Source: Leidyana gryllorum EB-2025a (Eukaryota; Protista; Apicomplexa). Taken from it: 64,000 bases of DNA. This document shows, in pieces, positions 61,179-64,000 of the stretch. The notes under the pieces were generated by a model. It searched no databases. It was not told the DNA's origin and saw only the letters and a program-made list of their open reading frames with translations. Position numbers and translations under genes: made by a program. The stretch spans positions 1 through 64,000 of the forward strand of contig JBLWGC010000085.1 of the NCBI GenBank assembly GCA_048772705.1. The letters run 5' to 3'. The first letter of the stretch is position 1; each line of letters begins with the position of its first letter.

Positions 61179-61862
61179 TCAGAGGTACTCTTCACAAATA
61201 GCGTGAATAAGTGCCCTCAATGATGGCATTTTGGCATTCTTGACCATTTCAACCCAACTCTTGACATATCCTTGATCGGCGCTGGCTCCAGAGACTGAAT
61301 AACTGACACCCCCCGATTCACCGCCATAACGCTGTGTCGCTGTCACAATGTCATTGACCTGTGCGATGGCCGCACCGTTGCAAACGGCCTGTGTCCCAAT
61401 GGTGATTTCAACATCGAAGCGTCCCTTCGATGTCCAAGTGTTGATGTGAAGAGGATAATTACTCAATGTCTCCAACTCCTGGAGGAGGTCCATTTCTTTT
61501 GCCGTTGGCACATCCTGTGAATCGCTGGCGCGGCCGAGCACAAGGAGCTGCAATAGAGCTGACGGACTCAGTCTAGAATTCTCCTGAAGTAGAGAAGTCA
61601 ATGTCGTGGCCGCGGTTTTGCCTCCAGCTCTCAACCACTCCGTTAGGGCAAGCACACTATGTGAGCCCACTCTGCCGCTCGGAACATTGACCGTCAGATT
61701 GTAGGTGAATTTCGACGAAATTCGGACGCGAGCCGTCCATCGTATGCCCCACTCAGTCCAACGACTATAGATTCGGTCCGGTCCAGCCTGGAGAGTTGGC
61801 ACCCTCGTCAAGCGAGCCTCACCCAGTTCTGGATCGTACATTGGGAACATCATGTCCCCCAT
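61179..61862 (-). CDS. Hypothetical protein, possibly a distant member of the same domain family; upstream exons likely
   Basis: 227-aa ORF; weak similarity (NYPLHINTW vs DYNWHMKTN; SYVKSW vs TRTW). Confidence 0.45.
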   Translation of the reverse strand: MGDMMFPMYDPELGEARLTRVPTLQAGPDRIYSRWTEWGIRWTARVRISSKFTYNLTVNVPSGRVGSHSVLALTEWLRAGGKTAATTLTSLLQENSRLSPSALLQLLVLGRASDSQDVPTAKEMDLLQELETLSNYPLHINTWTSKGRFDVEITIGTQAVCNGAAIAQVNDIVTATQRYGGESGGVSYSVSGASADQGYVKSWVEMVKNAKMPSLRALIHAICEEYL

Positions 61863-62679
61863 CTTCGCGGAAATATTCGAAACATTAGGTGTGAATTCAT
61901 CCTTACCAATTGTGGAGTCGTCATCAACCTCACATGTCCACGGTTGGGGGCAGGAGTGGAAGGAACACTCTCACTCTGTGCGGTTTCATAAAAGTCAGCT
62001 GCACTTTCGCTTAACCCGGTCGCTCCACTCGCCACTGAGATGACAAGTCGCAGAGACAGCTTGTTCGCGACTCGAGCCTGAGGCCAGCATCGTATGGAGC
62101 AGACACCTGGCATGTTAAAAAGCGCGACTTTGAAAATACGTCTAAAATTTCAAAACGACGCCAAAGTACACAATTTCCCAGATTAAACGATTTACAGAAC
62201 GCCATCGCATCGCATCGACTCCACAATTTACGTTTTTACCCTCCCGACACCTGCAAGACGGTCAAAGACTGCGAGTAGTGCGCTCGATGATGTTCACATT
62301 TGGGGCATACTGCCATGCCGCCGCGGGCGAGTGCGATGGTGTCCCATCAGGATTGCCGCGACCTCCTCGATCTCCGCATTTGAACGCCATCTGAATAATA
62401 ACCTCTCCAGCGGGTGTAGCCTAAAAACCTCAGTAGTTGGTCTCCAGTCCAGACGGTGAAAACCGTTCTCCTGGCGATCGAGTCTCGCCCCAGTTCGATG
62501 ACTCTCATGGGGCCCTTCCCAGTCTCACTTGGTGGAGATTCAAAAAATGCAGCCGTTAGCATCAGATATTGGCTTCACGAAGTTGAATCGCAGCCGTGAC
62601 ACTCTCGATCGGAGACTTAGGTCAGACCGCGAGACCCGTGAAGTGTCGTTGACCGACATTACAAAGGAGGTTAAATAAT

Positions 62680-62880
62680 TCGAGGGAGTACCCAAGCGCT
62701 TTGCCATAAACAAAGTCGCTCTGTCGGTGTCGAACCGAGTCCCGTCCGCCCTGTCATAAAATCTCAGATGGAAGCATCACGCATTGTTGATACTTTCGGG
62801 AGCGTCACCAGAGTGCAAAGGCTGCTCAGCTCCCTGCCCACCTCTTCCTGATCAGGTGAAATGCAATCCGCAGGTAAGTT
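62680..62880 (-). ncRNA. U1: U1 spliceosomal snRNA, variant B
   Basis: AACTTACCTGCGGATTGCA; SL1 TTCACCT-GATCAGGAAG-AGGTGGG; SL2 loop TTTGCACTCT; GGGCGGACGGG block shared with variant A; Sm-like GTTTATG. Confidence 0.9.
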
Positions 62881-63904
62881 AAAAATTGCCGAATTTTCAA
62901 ATGCAAGGGGACTTCGTTATGTCACTCGAAGCTACCGTCCCAGGCGACAGTTTCTCTATCCCTACAAGCATGAGTCGTTACAAGAGTTGTGTCGATGTCA
63001 AGAGCTTAGCATCCTGAAGCTCGAGTTTTGGTTTCTGGCTGGCTAGCAGACATCATGAGAACAGGAAGACCAACAACCTTCGACATCAGACGTAGTCAGC
63101 CCATCGGAAAGATCAACTGGGCTGAGACGAAGTGATTGATCATCACGAGAAAGTCCTGTCTGCAACGGAGAGTAACCTTCGGATGCACCTGGTGCTGAGA
63201 ACTAAAACAAAATAAAGGCAGCCAATATTCTATAGATTGATGGTTGATTAGAGAGAAGACATAGGGCAAATCTTTCAGGGTGGGGGGCGAGATAGACTTA
63301 CCAACGGCATTCCCGCCCAGATCACTGCAACCAGGCGGGGGACTAAAGCCGACGGCAAGTAAATCGAAGTGTTAGGATAGCGCGACGAAGACTCTGGTGG
63401 AGGAAACACGGTGGGGATAGTGAATGGCTACGAATCTGGTGAGATGGACGTTGAAGTTCCCAAGGAGAGAGAGCATTATGATCATGGAATGACCTGACTG
63501 GGGAGAGAGCCTAATGAAAAGCATTCTGTTGGACTCAATCCAAGCGTTACCACCGATCGAAAGAGGGAGGAGCTTCGTGTTGTTTCATTCCTCACCTCCG
63601 AGAATACCCACCAACTCGAGAGTTTGCACATTTGAAGTTATTGAGAGAGATAGTCTAAGGTGTAAGAAGTTGTTAAAGATCAGATGTGTATCAAGCCCAT
63701 GCGTTAGAGGTAACTCCTTACGCTAGAGACTAGAGCCGAGTAGATCCAGTGAATAACTCAACCATCAGATTTCAGACATCGAGGTTCTGTAGGTCGAATA
63801 CATCGGAAAGTGTGGTGGCGACTAAGCTTTCCGCTACAGTTTCACGGAGACTTCTCCATAACAACACTACCAAAGTGCAATACGATTGTCGCCGAGCTCG
63901 ACCG

Positions 63905-64000
63905 GAAAGAGCCATCTGAGAGAGTGCTGACTCAGAGTCTCTCCACACAGCTAGATAGGGAGTACCCCCTATCGCGGCTGGTGATCCATTTGAGAAATAT
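63905..64000 (-). ncRNA. U2: U2 snRNA variant C, 3' half only (5' part lies beyond the window)
   Basis: Minus strand ATATTTCTCAAATGGATCACCAGCC...GCTGTGTGGAGAGACTCTGAG-TCAGCACTCT-CTCAGATGGCTC aligns with variant B at 49013-49102. Confidence 0.8.

Overview
Eukaryotic DNA from a very compact protist genome with short (about 40-65 nt) GT-AG introns. An alveolate, possibly gregarine-like, origin is inferred but not proven. The window has two zones. (1) 1-13.3 kb is a dense housekeeping block: ADH, RRP45, Gln-dependent NAD synthetase, LSm5, GPDH, NTPDase, RPN11 and a condensin HEAT subunit, with gaps mostly 2-50 bp. It is followed by an intronless, bacterial-like DUF4432 gene. (2) 14.8-64 kb is an accessory zone of lineage-specific paralog arrays: 5-6 tandem GBP/RHD3/VLIG-like proteins with a degenerate P-loop, 2-3 paralogs of an unknown protein, and a minus-strand family of 6-7 genes with a conserved N-terminal leader, a variable repeat linker and a shared C-terminal domain. 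The most striking signal is not in the ORF track: six divergent spliceosomal snRNA genes lie between these arrays (2 x U1, 3 x U2, 1 x U5). The two complete U2 copies keep their secondary structure through compensatory changes but read GUAUUU where the branch-point recognition sequence is normally GUAGUA. All six snRNAs have non-canonical Sm sites. The window also holds a nested palindrome of about 1.6 kb at 51.6-53.3 kb and a 333-bp TG..CA dispersed repeat.
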